From NCBI GenBank assembly GCA_040218735.1, contig JAVJQW010000023.1, forward strand, positions 1-64,000: 64,000 nucleotides of DNA, written 5' to 3'. The translations under genes were made by a program, and so were the position numbers. The DNA is from Deltaproteobacteria bacterium (GTDB taxonomy: Bacteria; Myxococcota; Kuafuiibacteriia; Kuafuiibacteriales; Kuafuiibacteriaceae). The notes under the pieces are model-generated. The model was not told the origin of the DNA. It saw only the letters and a list, made by a program, of their open reading frames with translations, and searched no databases. Of this stretch, positions 18,235 through 27,231 are shown piece by piece; position 1 is the first letter of the stretch; the number at the start of each line of letters is the position of its first letter.

Positions 18235-19647
18235 TCAATCCACCTCGAAGTCCACGAAGCCCGCGGGCGCGTTCTCGTCGTCCTCCGACGTCTTCTTCTC
18301 CCCGCCACCGCTCGTCGACTTCGTCTTTCGGCGGCGCTTCTTCCGCTTCTTCTTCACCGTAGGCTCGGGCTTCGGGGCCTCCGCCTTCACGGCGTCCGGC
18401 TCCGGTGCGTCCGCGTCTGCGTCCCCGTCCGCGTCGAGCGAGGGGGCCGCCAGGGGTATCGGGGGCGGGTCCTCGATGATCGCCTCGACCGTGGTGTCGT
18501 CGTCCGGCTCCTGCGAGAAGAAGGCGCCCGCGGCGATCGCGACGGCGAGGGACAAGAGCAGCACGCCGAGGAAGCGCACCGTCGTCGAGGACTTGAAGGC
18601 GCCCGTGTTCGTGGACGGGGCGAACGCGATGACCGGCTCCGATATCTCGGAGGTCGGCGGGCCGACCGCCGGGACCTGACTCGGCGTGAGCGGACGCAGG
18701 CGCGTCGGGTTCGGCGTGAAGTTGAGGAGCTGGTCGATTCGCATCCGGACTTCGATCGCGCTCGTCGGGCGCTGATCCGGATCCTTCGCGATCAGGCTCA
18801 TCAAGAACGCCTCGATCGCCGGCGGCACCGTGTTCGGCGGGCACGCGCGCGACAGCGGCGCGGGCGGCTCGTTTACGTGCATCAACAACAACGCGAGCGG
18901 CTCGTCGGAGACGAACGGCGTGCGCCCCGCGATGCACTTGTAGGCGATCGTCCCGAGGCTGTAGAGGTCGCTGCGCGCGTCGGCGCCACGACCCTGCGCC
19001 TGCTCGGGGGACATGTACGCGGGCGTCCCGAACACCGTGCCGGTCGCGGTCTGCGAGCCCTTGCCGAGCTTCGCGATACCGAAGTCGAGGACACGCACGA
19101 TGGCGTCACCGCCGACCTCCTCGATGAAGATGTTCTCGGGCTTCAGGTCGCGGTGGATGATGCCCTTCTCGTGCGCCTCCGCGAGCGAGTCGCAGACCTG
19201 CCGCATCACGCCGAGCGTCCACTGCGGGGACTTGCGCTCCCGCATGAGGACCGTCTCGAGCGACACGCCGGTCAGGAACTCCGTGACGAGGTACGGGCGG
19301 CCGTCGCCGAGCTTGCCGAAGTCGATGAGCTTCAGCGTGTTCGGGTGACGCAGCTGCGAGATGATGTGCGCCTCGTTCTCGAAACGGCGAACCATCTCCG
19401 GGTTCTGAAGCGCCATCGCGTTGACGATCTTCACCGCGACGTCGCGGCCGATGTTCGTCTGGACCGCGCGGTAGACCGTGCCCATCCCGCCGGCCCCGAC
19501 GCGCTCCTCGATGCGGTAGCGGCCGTCGATGACGGTGCCCAGCATCGGGTCCACCCCCTCGCCGCTCAGCTCCAACGTGCTCCCGTCGTGCGGGCATCGC
19601 CGGACCCCCGCCGCGAAGGCACGTGAACATTTGGGACAGACGAGCAT
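18235..19647 (-). CDS. Ser/Thr protein kinase with N-terminal Zn-ribbon and TM helix
   Basis: CPKC..CPHD; GAGGMGTVY, VAVK, HRDLKPEN, DFGIAK, GTPAYMSPE; start could be TTG 19722. Confidence 0.92.
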   Translation of the reverse strand: MLVCPKCSRAFAAGVRRCPHDGSTLELSGEGVDPMLGTVIDGRYRIEERVGAGGMGTVYRAVQTNIGRDVAVKIVNAMALQNPEMVRRFENEAHIISQLRHPNTLKLIDFGKLGDGRPYLVTEFLTGVSLETVLMRERKSPQWTLGVMRQVCDSLAEAHEKGIIHRDLKPENIFIEEVGGDAIVRVLDFGIAKLGKGSQTATGTVFGTPAYMSPEQAQGRGADARSDLYSLGTIAYKCIAGRTPFVSDEPLALLLMHVNEPPAPLSRACPPNTVPPAIEAFLMSLIAKDPDQRPTSAIEVRMRIDQLLNFTPNPTRLRPLTPSQVPAVGPPTSEISEPVIAFAPSTNTGAFKSSTTVRFLGVLLLSLAVAIAAGAFFSQEPDDDTTVEAIIEDPPPIPLAAPSLDADGDADADAPEPDAVKAEAPKPEPTVKKKRKKRRRKTKSTSGGGEKKTSEDDENAPAGFVDFEVD

Positions 19648-19790
19648 GCCAGGCGGACGACGGACCTCGAGGTCCGTCGGGTGTTCCGCGCGATCCTCAC
19701 TGATGGCTCCCCCGTAGGACAAGACTGCACCTGGTTCCTACGCGCGAATGACCACGATCTTCCTCACGCTCCGCCGTTCGTCGGAGCTGA

Positions 19791-20822
19791 ATGAAGTTCG
19801 AAACCAATCGGATGCAGAACAGCTCGGTCGCGCGTATAAACGCCCCAGTGGGACGCTTGGGGCGCGGATTGGGCTTAGCCGTGATCGCGATCATGATCGC
19901 CGCGGCACCGGTCCACGCGAAGAAGCGCCGGAGGCTGTCGCCTCAGAAGAAGGCACAGAAGGAGAAGCGCCGGGCCTTCAAGCTGTTCAAGAAGGGGGAA
20001 TACGAAGCGGGTATCGAGGCCATGGAGAGCGCCTACCGCCTGGTCCCCCACCCCGGATTCCTCCTGAACATCGCCGTGGCGTACGATCAGTGGGGGGACC
20101 ACTGCAAAGACAGCCTCGTCGCCTTCGACCGCTTCTTCGAGGTGTGCGGCGACGACTGCAAGATGCTCCAGGCCGCGAAGAAGCGCCACGGGCAGGTCGA
20201 GGCCGCATGTCGCGGCGAGCTCGCGGTGTTCACGGAGCCCGCGGGCGCCGCCGTCAGTATCGACGGCGACCCCGTCGGGAAGTCTCCGCTCACCGCGTCG
20301 CTCGCGCCCGGACGCCACGTGATCACCGCTCGGATGCAGGGGCACGCGCCGGACCAGAACACCATTGAAATTCGTCCGGGTGAAACGACGCGCGTGAGTC
20401 TGTCCCTCGTCGCTGATGCACCCCCTCCGCCGCCGCCACCGCCCCCTCCGCCGCCGCCGAACCTCGTCGTCACCACGCCGCAGCCGGACGACGAACCGCT
20501 CTATCCGTGGCCTTGGATTTCATTCGGCGTGGGCGCCGCCGGCCTCGGAGTCGGCATCATCTACACGTTCGCGACGTTCGCCGCGCTCGACGCCGAGGAG
20601 GCCGCGCGCGTCGAACGGAACACCAAGGCCGAGGTGGATCGCCTCCAGCGCGACGCCACGAGCAAGGCCGTCCTCGCCAACGTAGGCTACGGAATCGCCG
20701 CCGTCGGGCTCACCGCCGGCGTGCTGTTCCTGGTGCTCGAAGGCGACGACGAAGATCCGGAGTCACCGGTCGTGCGGTGGGGCGTCGGGCCCAACGGCGT
20801 CGGGATCGCGGGGACCTTCTAA
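19791..20822 (+). CDS. TPR plus PEGA domain membrane protein
   Basis: Signal peptide; AYRLVPHPGFLLNIA TPR; TEPAGAAVSIDG..GKSP PEGA; poly-Pro linker; two C-terminal hydrophobic helices; start uncertain. Confidence 0.8.
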   Translation: MKFETNRMQNSSVARINAPVGRLGRGLGLAVIAIMIAAAPVHAKKRRRLSPQKKAQKEKRRAFKLFKKGEYEAGIEAMESAYRLVPHPGFLLNIAVAYDQWGDHCKDSLVAFDRFFEVCGDDCKMLQAAKKRHGQVEAACRGELAVFTEPAGAAVSIDGDPVGKSPLTASLAPGRHVITARMQGHAPDQNTIEIRPGETTRVSLSLVADAPPPPPPPPPPPPPNLVVTTPQPDDEPLYPWPWISFGVGAAGLGVGIIYTFATFAALDAEEAARVERNTKAEVDRLQRDATSKAVLANVGYGIAAVGLTAGVLFLVLEGDDEDPESPVVRWGVGPNGVGIAGTF

Positions 20823-20823
20823 C

Positions 20824-22287
20824 GTGCGTGTTTGGATTTCATTCGTGTTGCTCGCCGCGACCGCGTGTCTGCCGAGTTTCCCGGACGACGAGTGTTACGC
20901 GGACGTCGACTGCCCCTCCGACCTCGTGTGCAGCGCCGAGAACCGGTGCATCCAGCTCATGATGCGGCGGGACGGCGGCGTGCTCGACGGCAGCACGCGA
21001 GACGCCGGGCGACGTGACTCCGGCGTCATCCGCGACGCGGGCCCCGACCGCGACGGCGGGCCGCGCGACGCAGGTGTCGACCGCGACGGCGGACCGCGGG
21101 ACGCCGGCTTCGATCTTCGGATCTCCGACGCGATGCTCGACTTCGGGCTCCGCACCACCGCGTGCCCGGGCGCCACGCAACGACTCACCCTCGAAAACCG
21201 CGGCGCGATGACCGCGCGCGTGGACGGCATCCAACTCACCAACGGGACCTCGACCGAGTACACGTTCATGGCGCCCGCGCCGCCGTTCAACCTCCCCTCG
21301 CAGCAGGCGCGAACGATCGACGTGACCTACGCACCGACCAACGTCGGGCTCGACGAAGGCGGGCTTCAGATCCGCTACGCCAACTCGATGGGGACGATCG
21401 AAGTCGCCCTGTCCGGCGAGGGTCAGAACGCCGCGCAGATCACCGAGACGTTCACCGCGTCGGCGGGCCCGCTCGACGTCCTGTTCGCGGTCGACTCCGC
21501 GGCGATGATGGGGATGTCGCAGGCCTACCTCGCGGGCCGGATGGTGTTCACGCTCTCGCTGCTCGACATCGCCGGCTGGAACTACAACATCGCGGTCACC
21601 ACGCTCGACACCACCGCCAGCGGCGCGGCCGGCACCTTCGTCAGCAGCCCGACGGTGATCACGCCGACCACGCCGAACCGCCAGAACCAGCTCGAGGCGT
21701 CTCTGCTGGTCGGCGAGACCGGGCCGGCGGAGCGGCGCGGCTTCGAAGCCGTCGAGCTCGCGCTGACCAGCCCGCTGATCGACGGCCCCAACGCGGGCTT
21801 CCTCCGCGCCGAAGCGCCGCTCCTCGTCATCTTCGTTTCGGCGGACGACGACGAGTCGACACAGTCGCCCGCGGCGCACCTCACGTTCCTCGAAAACCTC
21901 AAGGCGGCGACGATGCAGCCGGTGCTCGTCAACACGATCACGCCGACGTCGTTCGCGTGCACGCTGGACGGGAACGCGACGGGATTCGAGGGCGTCGACT
22001 ACATCGACATCGCCACCATGAGCGGCGGCGTGGTCTCCAACATGTGCGGCAACGACTGGGACGACGCGGTCACGACCTTCCCGCCCCCGACGGCGCGCCT
22101 CACCTACCCCCTCGCGGACACGCCGGTCGGCGGCGTGGTGACGGTGGAGGTCGACATGACGCCGGTGCCGTCCAACGGTGGCGCGAACTGGACCTACGAC
22201 GCGGTCGACAACGAGGTCGTGTTCACGGAGGCCGCGGCCCCGGCCACCGGCGCCAGCGTGACGATCTCCTACGAACCCGACTGCTGA
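20824..22287 (+). CDS. Lipoprotein with Cys-rich module, RDGG/RDAG linker, Ig-like (ASH-type) domain and vWA-like domain
   Basis: Lipobox ATAC; LDFG..LTLENRG; LDVLFAVD, IAVTT, NAGFLRAEAPLLVIFVS. Confidence 0.75.
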   Translation: MRVWISFVLLAATACLPSFPDDECYADVDCPSDLVCSAENRCIQLMMRRDGGVLDGSTRDAGRRDSGVIRDAGPDRDGGPRDAGVDRDGGPRDAGFDLRISDAMLDFGLRTTACPGATQRLTLENRGAMTARVDGIQLTNGTSTEYTFMAPAPPFNLPSQQARTIDVTYAPTNVGLDEGGLQIRYANSMGTIEVALSGEGQNAAQITETFTASAGPLDVLFAVDSAAMMGMSQAYLAGRMVFTLSLLDIAGWNYNIAVTTLDTTASGAAGTFVSSPTVITPTTPNRQNQLEASLLVGETGPAERRGFEAVELALTSPLIDGPNAGFLRAEAPLLVIFVSADDDESTQSPAAHLTFLENLKAATMQPVLVNTITPTSFACTLDGNATGFEGVDYIDIATMSGGVVSNMCGNDWDDAVTTFPPPTARLTYPLADTPVGGVVTVEVDMTPVPSNGGANWTYDAVDNEVVFTEAAAPATGASVTISYEPDC

Positions 22288-22328
22288 GCCCGTGACTTGG
22301 GGGCCGCGCGGACCTAGACTGCGGGACC

Positions 22329-23912
22329 GTGGCGGCCAAGCCGTTCGAACCGGATCCGTTGAGCGAGGTGGAGCTCGACAAGGACGCGCGGCTCGTCATC
22401 AACGCGGACGGCGAGCTGGTCCTCGCGCCCTCGATGCGCCCCGGTCCGGCGGACGACCTCGCGCTCGACGAAGCCCCCGAGGACACCGGCGGCCTCCTCC
22501 CGGACGAAGGCGAGCTGGGACCGATGGAGGCGGGCCTCGTCATCGCCCCCGCCAGCCCGACCCCGAACCCCGCCAGCCCGACCCCGAACCCCGCGACGGC
22601 CAGCCCGGCCCCGAGCCCCGCGACCGCCGACCTCCTCCCACCCGCGCCGCCCAGCGCGAAGGGCGGACCGAGGCAAGGAGGATCGCTCGCCGCGAGGCCG
22701 CAACCCCCATCGGCCGCCCAGTCCGGCGAAGGGTCCCAGGTCCGCCCCGACGCAGTGCCGCTGGGCGACCCCGACACGGCGCCCAGCGGGCAACGGCAGG
22801 GCGGTTCCCTCGCCGCGCCGACACCCCCGTCGGGCGCGGAGCGGCAGAGCGGTTCCCTCGCCGCGCAGCCCACCCCGGCCAGCGCGCAGCGCCAAGGAGG
22901 TTCTCTCGCCGCGCCGCCCGAACCCCCACCGCCGGCCCGCGCTCCGTTCGCGGATCTCGTGCCGCCGAAGTCGGCGTGGGACGACCTCGCGGACACCGTG
23001 AAGCGCGAGAGCGCTCCGCCGCCGCTCGATCCGGCCGACGACTCCGCCTGGGCGGACCTCGCGGAGCCCCCGGCGCCGAGTGACGCCGCGCCGCTCCCGG
23101 ACTCGGCGTTCCTCGAGCCGCCCAGCGCGGCGCTCCCGGAGTCTGCCTTCGCCGAGCCGCCCACCGAGCGCCCCGGCCTCCCGCCGGCCAGCCCCGCCGA
23201 GGACCTCGCGCCGCCGTCTCGACTCCCGTCGGCGGTGACGGACGACCTCCTCCCGCCGCCCTCGCCTTCGGAGGACGACGCCGACGAGGAGCTGCTGCTC
23301 ACCGAGGACGACGTCGTCTCCAGCCAGTCCACGCCCGTGCCGGACGATGCGCCGTTCGCCGCGCTCCTCGACGGCGCACGCGGGAAGCTCCCTCCGTTCC
23401 CGCCGCCGGCCGGGACGCCGGCGCACGGGACCGCGTTGCCGGACCTGTCCCGCACTGAGGAGCCGAAGGTCGAGTACCCCACGGTGCGACCGCGCGCCGA
23501 GGCGTGGACCGACGCCGAAGACGAGACCCCCGCCGTCCAGACGCCGGACCTGCGACGCTCCGCCGTGACGCTCGCGCCAGACCTGACCCACAGCCCGTCG
23601 AAGGTCGAAGCGACCATCTCCCCGCTCGGCGGCGCCGCAGCGGACCCCGCGCCGAAGCGGCCGACGACGCGCCGCCCGGCGTCGTTCGCCGGTCGCAAGA
23701 TTCGGGAGACGTCACGCGCTCCGAAGAGCCGGCCCGCGAGCAACGCGACCAACCCGCGCGCGGAGCCGTATTTCACCCGCGGGCTCGCGGCGTTGGAGGC
23801 GGGAGATCTGGTGAGTGCGGAGCGCGATCTCGCGATCGCGATGACCTACGCTCCGAGCATCGAGCGCTACCGCGCGGCCTTCGCGGAGCTCAAGCGCCGC
23901 AAGGGGCGTTGA
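22329..23912 (+). CDS. Pro/Ala-rich low-complexity protein with a C-terminal TPR-like motif
   Basis: AEPYFTRGLAALEAGDLVSAERDLAIAMTYAP; internal RQGGSLAA repeats. Confidence 0.65.
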   Translation: MAAKPFEPDPLSEVELDKDARLVINADGELVLAPSMRPGPADDLALDEAPEDTGGLLPDEGELGPMEAGLVIAPASPTPNPASPTPNPATASPAPSPATADLLPPAPPSAKGGPRQGGSLAARPQPPSAAQSGEGSQVRPDAVPLGDPDTAPSGQRQGGSLAAPTPPSGAERQSGSLAAQPTPASAQRQGGSLAAPPEPPPPARAPFADLVPPKSAWDDLADTVKRESAPPPLDPADDSAWADLAEPPAPSDAAPLPDSAFLEPPSAALPESAFAEPPTERPGLPPASPAEDLAPPSRLPSAVTDDLLPPPSPSEDDADEELLLTEDDVVSSQSTPVPDDAPFAALLDGARGKLPPFPPPAGTPAHGTALPDLSRTEEPKVEYPTVRPRAEAWTDAEDETPAVQTPDLRRSAVTLAPDLTHSPSKVEATISPLGGAAADPAPKRPTTRRPASFAGRKIRETSRAPKSRPASNATNPRAEPYFTRGLAALEAGDLVSAERDLAIAMTYAPSIERYRAAFAELKRRKGR

Positions 23913-23922
23913 CGCGTTCCAT

Positions 23923-24780
23923 TCAGAAGATCGAAGCGAAGAACGACTTCATCTTCTCCCAGGACTTCTTGTCGGCCTCCGCGTCGTACGCGAGCGGGAG
24001 CTCGAACTTCTTCCCCTTCTCGGTCGCGCCCGGGTTCGTGAAGGCGTGCTTCGCGCCTTCGTACTCCACGAACTCGTAGCTCACGCCAGCGGCCTGCATC
24101 TCTTCCTTGAACGCCGTCACCTGCTCCGGAGGGACGAACGGATCCGCGCCGCCGTGGAGGACGAGGAGCTTGCCCTTCACGTCGCCGGCCTTCGCCTTCA
24201 TCGGGCCGGCCAACGCACCCGCGTGGAACGCCGCGACACCGTCGAGCGACACCCCCGCGCGCGCCATGTTCAACACCACGGCTCCGCCGAAGCAGTAGCC
24301 GATCGCGCCGATCTTGCCCGGGTCCGTGGAGTCGTGCTGCGCGAGGAGATCGTACGCCGCGCGGAAACGCGCCGACATCGCCTCGGCGTCGTTCATGACC
24401 TCCATCATGAACTTCTGCGCGTCCTTGGGGTGGTCGGCCTGCTTGCCGTCGCCGTACATGTCGAGCGCGAAGCCGGTGTAGCCGAGCTCGGCGAGCATCT
24501 CGGCGCGCTTGCGCGCGTAGTCGTTGTGTCCCCACCACTCGTGCACGACGAGGATGCCGGGGCGCGGTCCTTCCTTCGACGCGTCGTAGGCGACGAAGCC
24601 GGTGAGCTTCACGCCGTTGACGTCGTACTGGACCTCTTCGGTCATGATCTTGGACGACATGGCGTCGCCCTTCTTCTCCTCCGTCGCGGGCTGCGACGAG
24701 GCGCCCGATTCCGAGCTCTTGGAGGAGGCGCACGCGGCGAACAGGAGGGCGCCGGATACGGCGCAGAGCAGCTTCTTCAT
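23923..24780 (-). CDS. Dienelactone hydrolase family lipoprotein
   Basis: HEWWG, IGYCFGG, HGGADP, AKHAFTNP; lipobox FAAC. Confidence 0.92.
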   Translation of the reverse strand: MKKLLCAVSGALLFAACASSKSSESGASSQPATEEKKGDAMSSKIMTEEVQYDVNGVKLTGFVAYDASKEGPRPGILVVHEWWGHNDYARKRAEMLAELGYTGFALDMYGDGKQADHPKDAQKFMMEVMNDAEAMSARFRAAYDLLAQHDSTDPGKIGAIGYCFGGAVVLNMARAGVSLDGVAAFHAGALAGPMKAKAGDVKGKLLVLHGGADPFVPPEQVTAFKEEMQAAGVSYEFVEYEGAKHAFTNPGATEKGKKFELPLAYDAEADKKSWEKMKSFFASIF

Positions 24781-24801
24781 CGGGCGCCGTGCTAACACGG
24801 A

Positions 24802-25278
24802 TCAGTCGTCGCGCCGATAGTCGCCCCGCTGGCCCCCGGACTTCTCGAGGAGCCGAACGCGCTCGATCGTCGCGCCGCGTTCGTAGCGTTTGATCATGTC
24901 GTAGAGCGACAGCGCCGCAACCGATGCCGACGTCAGCGCTTCCATCTCGACGCCGGTCCGTCCGCGGGTCTCGACGCGCGCGACGATATGGACGCCTTCG
25001 TCCTCCACCTCGACGTCGACCGCGACGCGCGTGATCGACAACGGGTGCGCCAGCGGGATGAGGTCGGAGGTCTTCTTGCTCGCGGCGATGCCGGCGATGC
25101 GCGCGACGGCGAGCGCGTCGCCTTTCTTCACGCGGCCCTCGCGCAGCAGCGCGACCGTCTCGGGAGCGAGGCGCACGAACGACTCCGCGACGGCGACGCG
25201 GTGGGTCTCGTCCTTCGCGCCCACGTCGACCATGTGGGCAGCGCCCTTTTCGTCCAGGTGCGGTAGCTCGTCGCTCAT
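24802..25278 (-). CDS. moaC: Cyclic pyranopterin monophosphate synthase
   Basis: AHMVDVG, KKGD..ARIAGI, LIPLAHP, TGVEMEALT, LYDMIK, LLEKSGG. Confidence 0.95.
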   Translation of the reverse strand: MSDELPHLDEKGAAHMVDVGAKDETHRVAVAESFVRLAPETVALLREGRVKKGDALAVARIAGIAASKKTSDLIPLAHPLSITRVAVDVEVEDEGVHIVARVETRGRTGVEMEALTSASVAALSLYDMIKRYERGATIERVRLLEKSGGQRGDYRRDD

Positions 25279-26675
25279 GGTGTGTAGGGCTCGAAGCGCG
25301 CCTTGGAGGCGCGGCGTTCGTTCAACGCGACGAGCTCGTCTCGCGTGTACGCAAACGGGCTCCCGGCCGGAAGGGCTTTCTTCACGAACTCGATGATGGT
25401 GATGCGCGCCATCTTGCCGTGGTCGACGATGGACGGGTCACCGTCTTCCGCGCAGTCGTCCCAGAGCTGAAAGATCATGCGGCGCTTCGCTTCGGTGGTG
25501 AGCTTGGGGTCGATCCAGATCCCTTCGAGGTCCGACTTCAGCGCGTAGAGGGTCTCGTCGAGGCGCTGCTCGCACGCTTCGGCCGCCATCGCGACGCGGA
25601 GGTCGCGGGTGTCCTCGAGGACGCGACGCTTCGCCGCCGCGTAGGCGTCGTCGCCGCCGATCGCCATGACGGTGTCGGTGACGTCGAACCAGAACCCGAG
25701 CCCCGTGTAGCCTGCGATGTGGTCTTCGAACTCGATCGTCCCGTCGTGCTCGATGCGCGCGGTGAACGAACGGTGCTTCGACACGTACCCGCCCCCCGCC
25801 TGCGGACGCAGCTCCGTGTACGGCGCAGCCGGCGGCGGCGCCGGCGGGAGGATCGGCGCGTCCTCCACGCGCGGCGGCGCGAGGCCCGGCGCGAGCTCCG
25901 CGACCGAACCGGGCGCCGCCGGCCCGACGGCCCCCCCGGGCTCACCGTAGCCGGGCGCGACCGTGACGGCGCCGTCCGGGGTCGTGGGGATCGCGGGGCC
26001 GCGTCCGTCGGGGGTGGCGTTGGCGCGGGCGCGATCGTCGGCCGGCGATCGATCGGCGCGGGTGCGATCGTCGGCCCGCGATCGGCCGGAGCGAGCGCGT
26101 TCGTCGGCGCGTTCCTGATCGGCGCGCGCTCGATCGACGCGGGACGCATCGGCGCGGGCGTCCTCCTCGGCGCGGGACGCATCGCCGCGGGCCTCCTCCT
26201 CAGCGCGCTCCGGATCGGCGCGGGCCTCCTCCTCGGCGCGGGCCTCCTCCTCGGCGCGCGCGCGCTCGGCGCGGGCCGCATCGGCGCGGGCCGCATCGGC
26301 GCGGGCCTCCTCCTCGGCGCGGGCCTCCTCCTCGGCGCGCGCGCGCTCGGCGCGGGCCGCATCGGCGCGGGCCGCATCGGCGCGGGCCTCCTCCTCGGCG
26401 CGGACCTCCTCCTCCGCGCGCTCTCGCTCGGCGGCGCGCGCTTGGTCGGCGCGGCGCTCCCGATCTGCGCGCGCGTTGTCCGCGCGCTCCCGATCCGCGC
26501 GGGCTCGCGCTTCGGCCCGGCGCTCACGCTCCGCACGCGGCGGGACGTCCTGCACCGTGAACCGAATCAGCTCTCGCTCGACGGGGGGCGCGGGCGGGTC
26601 GGACGTCACCGCGAGCGCGAACAGCGCCAGGTGCGCGGCGACCGAGACGGCCGCACCGGTCCACCAGCCCTTCAT
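25275..26675 (-). CDS. Membrane-anchored protein with a TolA-like charged repeat helix and conserved-looking C-terminal domain
   Basis: N-terminal anchor SVAAHLALF (TonB/TolA-like S..H); long A/R/E/D repeats; C-terminal IFQLWDDCAE. Confidence 0.7.
   Translation of the reverse strand: MKGWWTGAAVSVAAHLALFALAVTSDPPAPPVERELIRFTVQDVPPRAERERRAEARARADRERADNARADRERRADQARAAERERAEEEVRAEEEARADAARADAARAERARAEEEARAEEEARADAARADAARAERARAEEEARAEEEARADPERAEEEARGDASRAEEDARADASRVDRARADQERADERARSGRSRADDRTRADRSPADDRARANATPDGRGPAIPTTPDGAVTVAPGYGEPGGAVGPAAPGSVAELAPGLAPPRVEDAPILPPAPPPAAPYTELRPQAGGGYVSKHRSFTARIEHDGTIEFEDHIAGYTGLGFWFDVTDTVMAIGGDDAYAAAKRRVLEDTRDLRVAMAAEACEQRLDETLYALKSDLEGIWIDPKLTTEAKRRMIFQLWDDCAEDGDPSIVDHGKMARITIIEFVKKALPAGSPFAYTRDELVALNERRASKARFEPYTP
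26215..26415 (-). repeat. Coding tandem repeat, 81-bp unit built from 15- and 18-bp subunits
   Basis: ARAEEE-ARAEEE-ARADA-ARADA-ARAER repeated about twice with identical DNA. Confidence 0.85.
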
Positions 26676-26701
26676 CGGACTCTAGAATAAGGGATCGAAG
26701 G

Positions 26702-27106
26702 CTAAGACGCTTCCGGAACGTGGCTCGGGCAGCGGAGGATGAACCACGCGCCCCACAGGATGACCGCGGCCACACCGGCGAGGAGCAGCGGGTGCCGGTC
26801 CCCGGTCGCGCCGAGGAACACGAAGCTCGCGGACATGCAGCTGATCGCGATGACCTTCACGTACGGCGGGATCACGCGGTGCTCGCGCCAGCGCTGCAGC
26901 GTCGGGCCGAAGCGCGGGTGGTAGTAGAGCCAGTCGTGAAGGCGCGGCGAGCTGCGGGCGAAGGCCCACGTGGCGAGGATCAGGAAGACCGTCGTCGGCA
27001 TCCCCGGCACGACCGCGCCGACCGCCCCGAGGCCCACGAAACCGAGCCCGAGCACCAGGTAGGCCCACCGGACGACGCCGGTGGCGGGCTGGACCTCTCC
27101 ACTCAC
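26702..27106 (-). CDS. YbaN/DUF454 inner membrane protein
   Basis: GAVVPGMPTTVFLILATWAFARSSPRLHDWL..HPRFGP. Confidence 0.9.
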   Translation of the reverse strand: MSGEVQPATGVVRWAYLVLGLGFVGLGAVGAVVPGMPTTVFLILATWAFARSSPRLHDWLYYHPRFGPTLQRWREHRVIPPYVKVIAISCMSASFVFLGATGDRHPLLLAGVAAVILWGAWFILRCPSHVPEAS

Positions 27107-27231
27107 GCAATCCCTCTTCGTCCAAGGTAGCGGAGGGATCAAGCGATTGCGTCGTTTTCAGACACGTTTTTGGTAGCCAAGAATTGGGTATCCCGCGAGG
27201 GCGGAGGTGGGTCTTGGGGGTGAGGGATACG

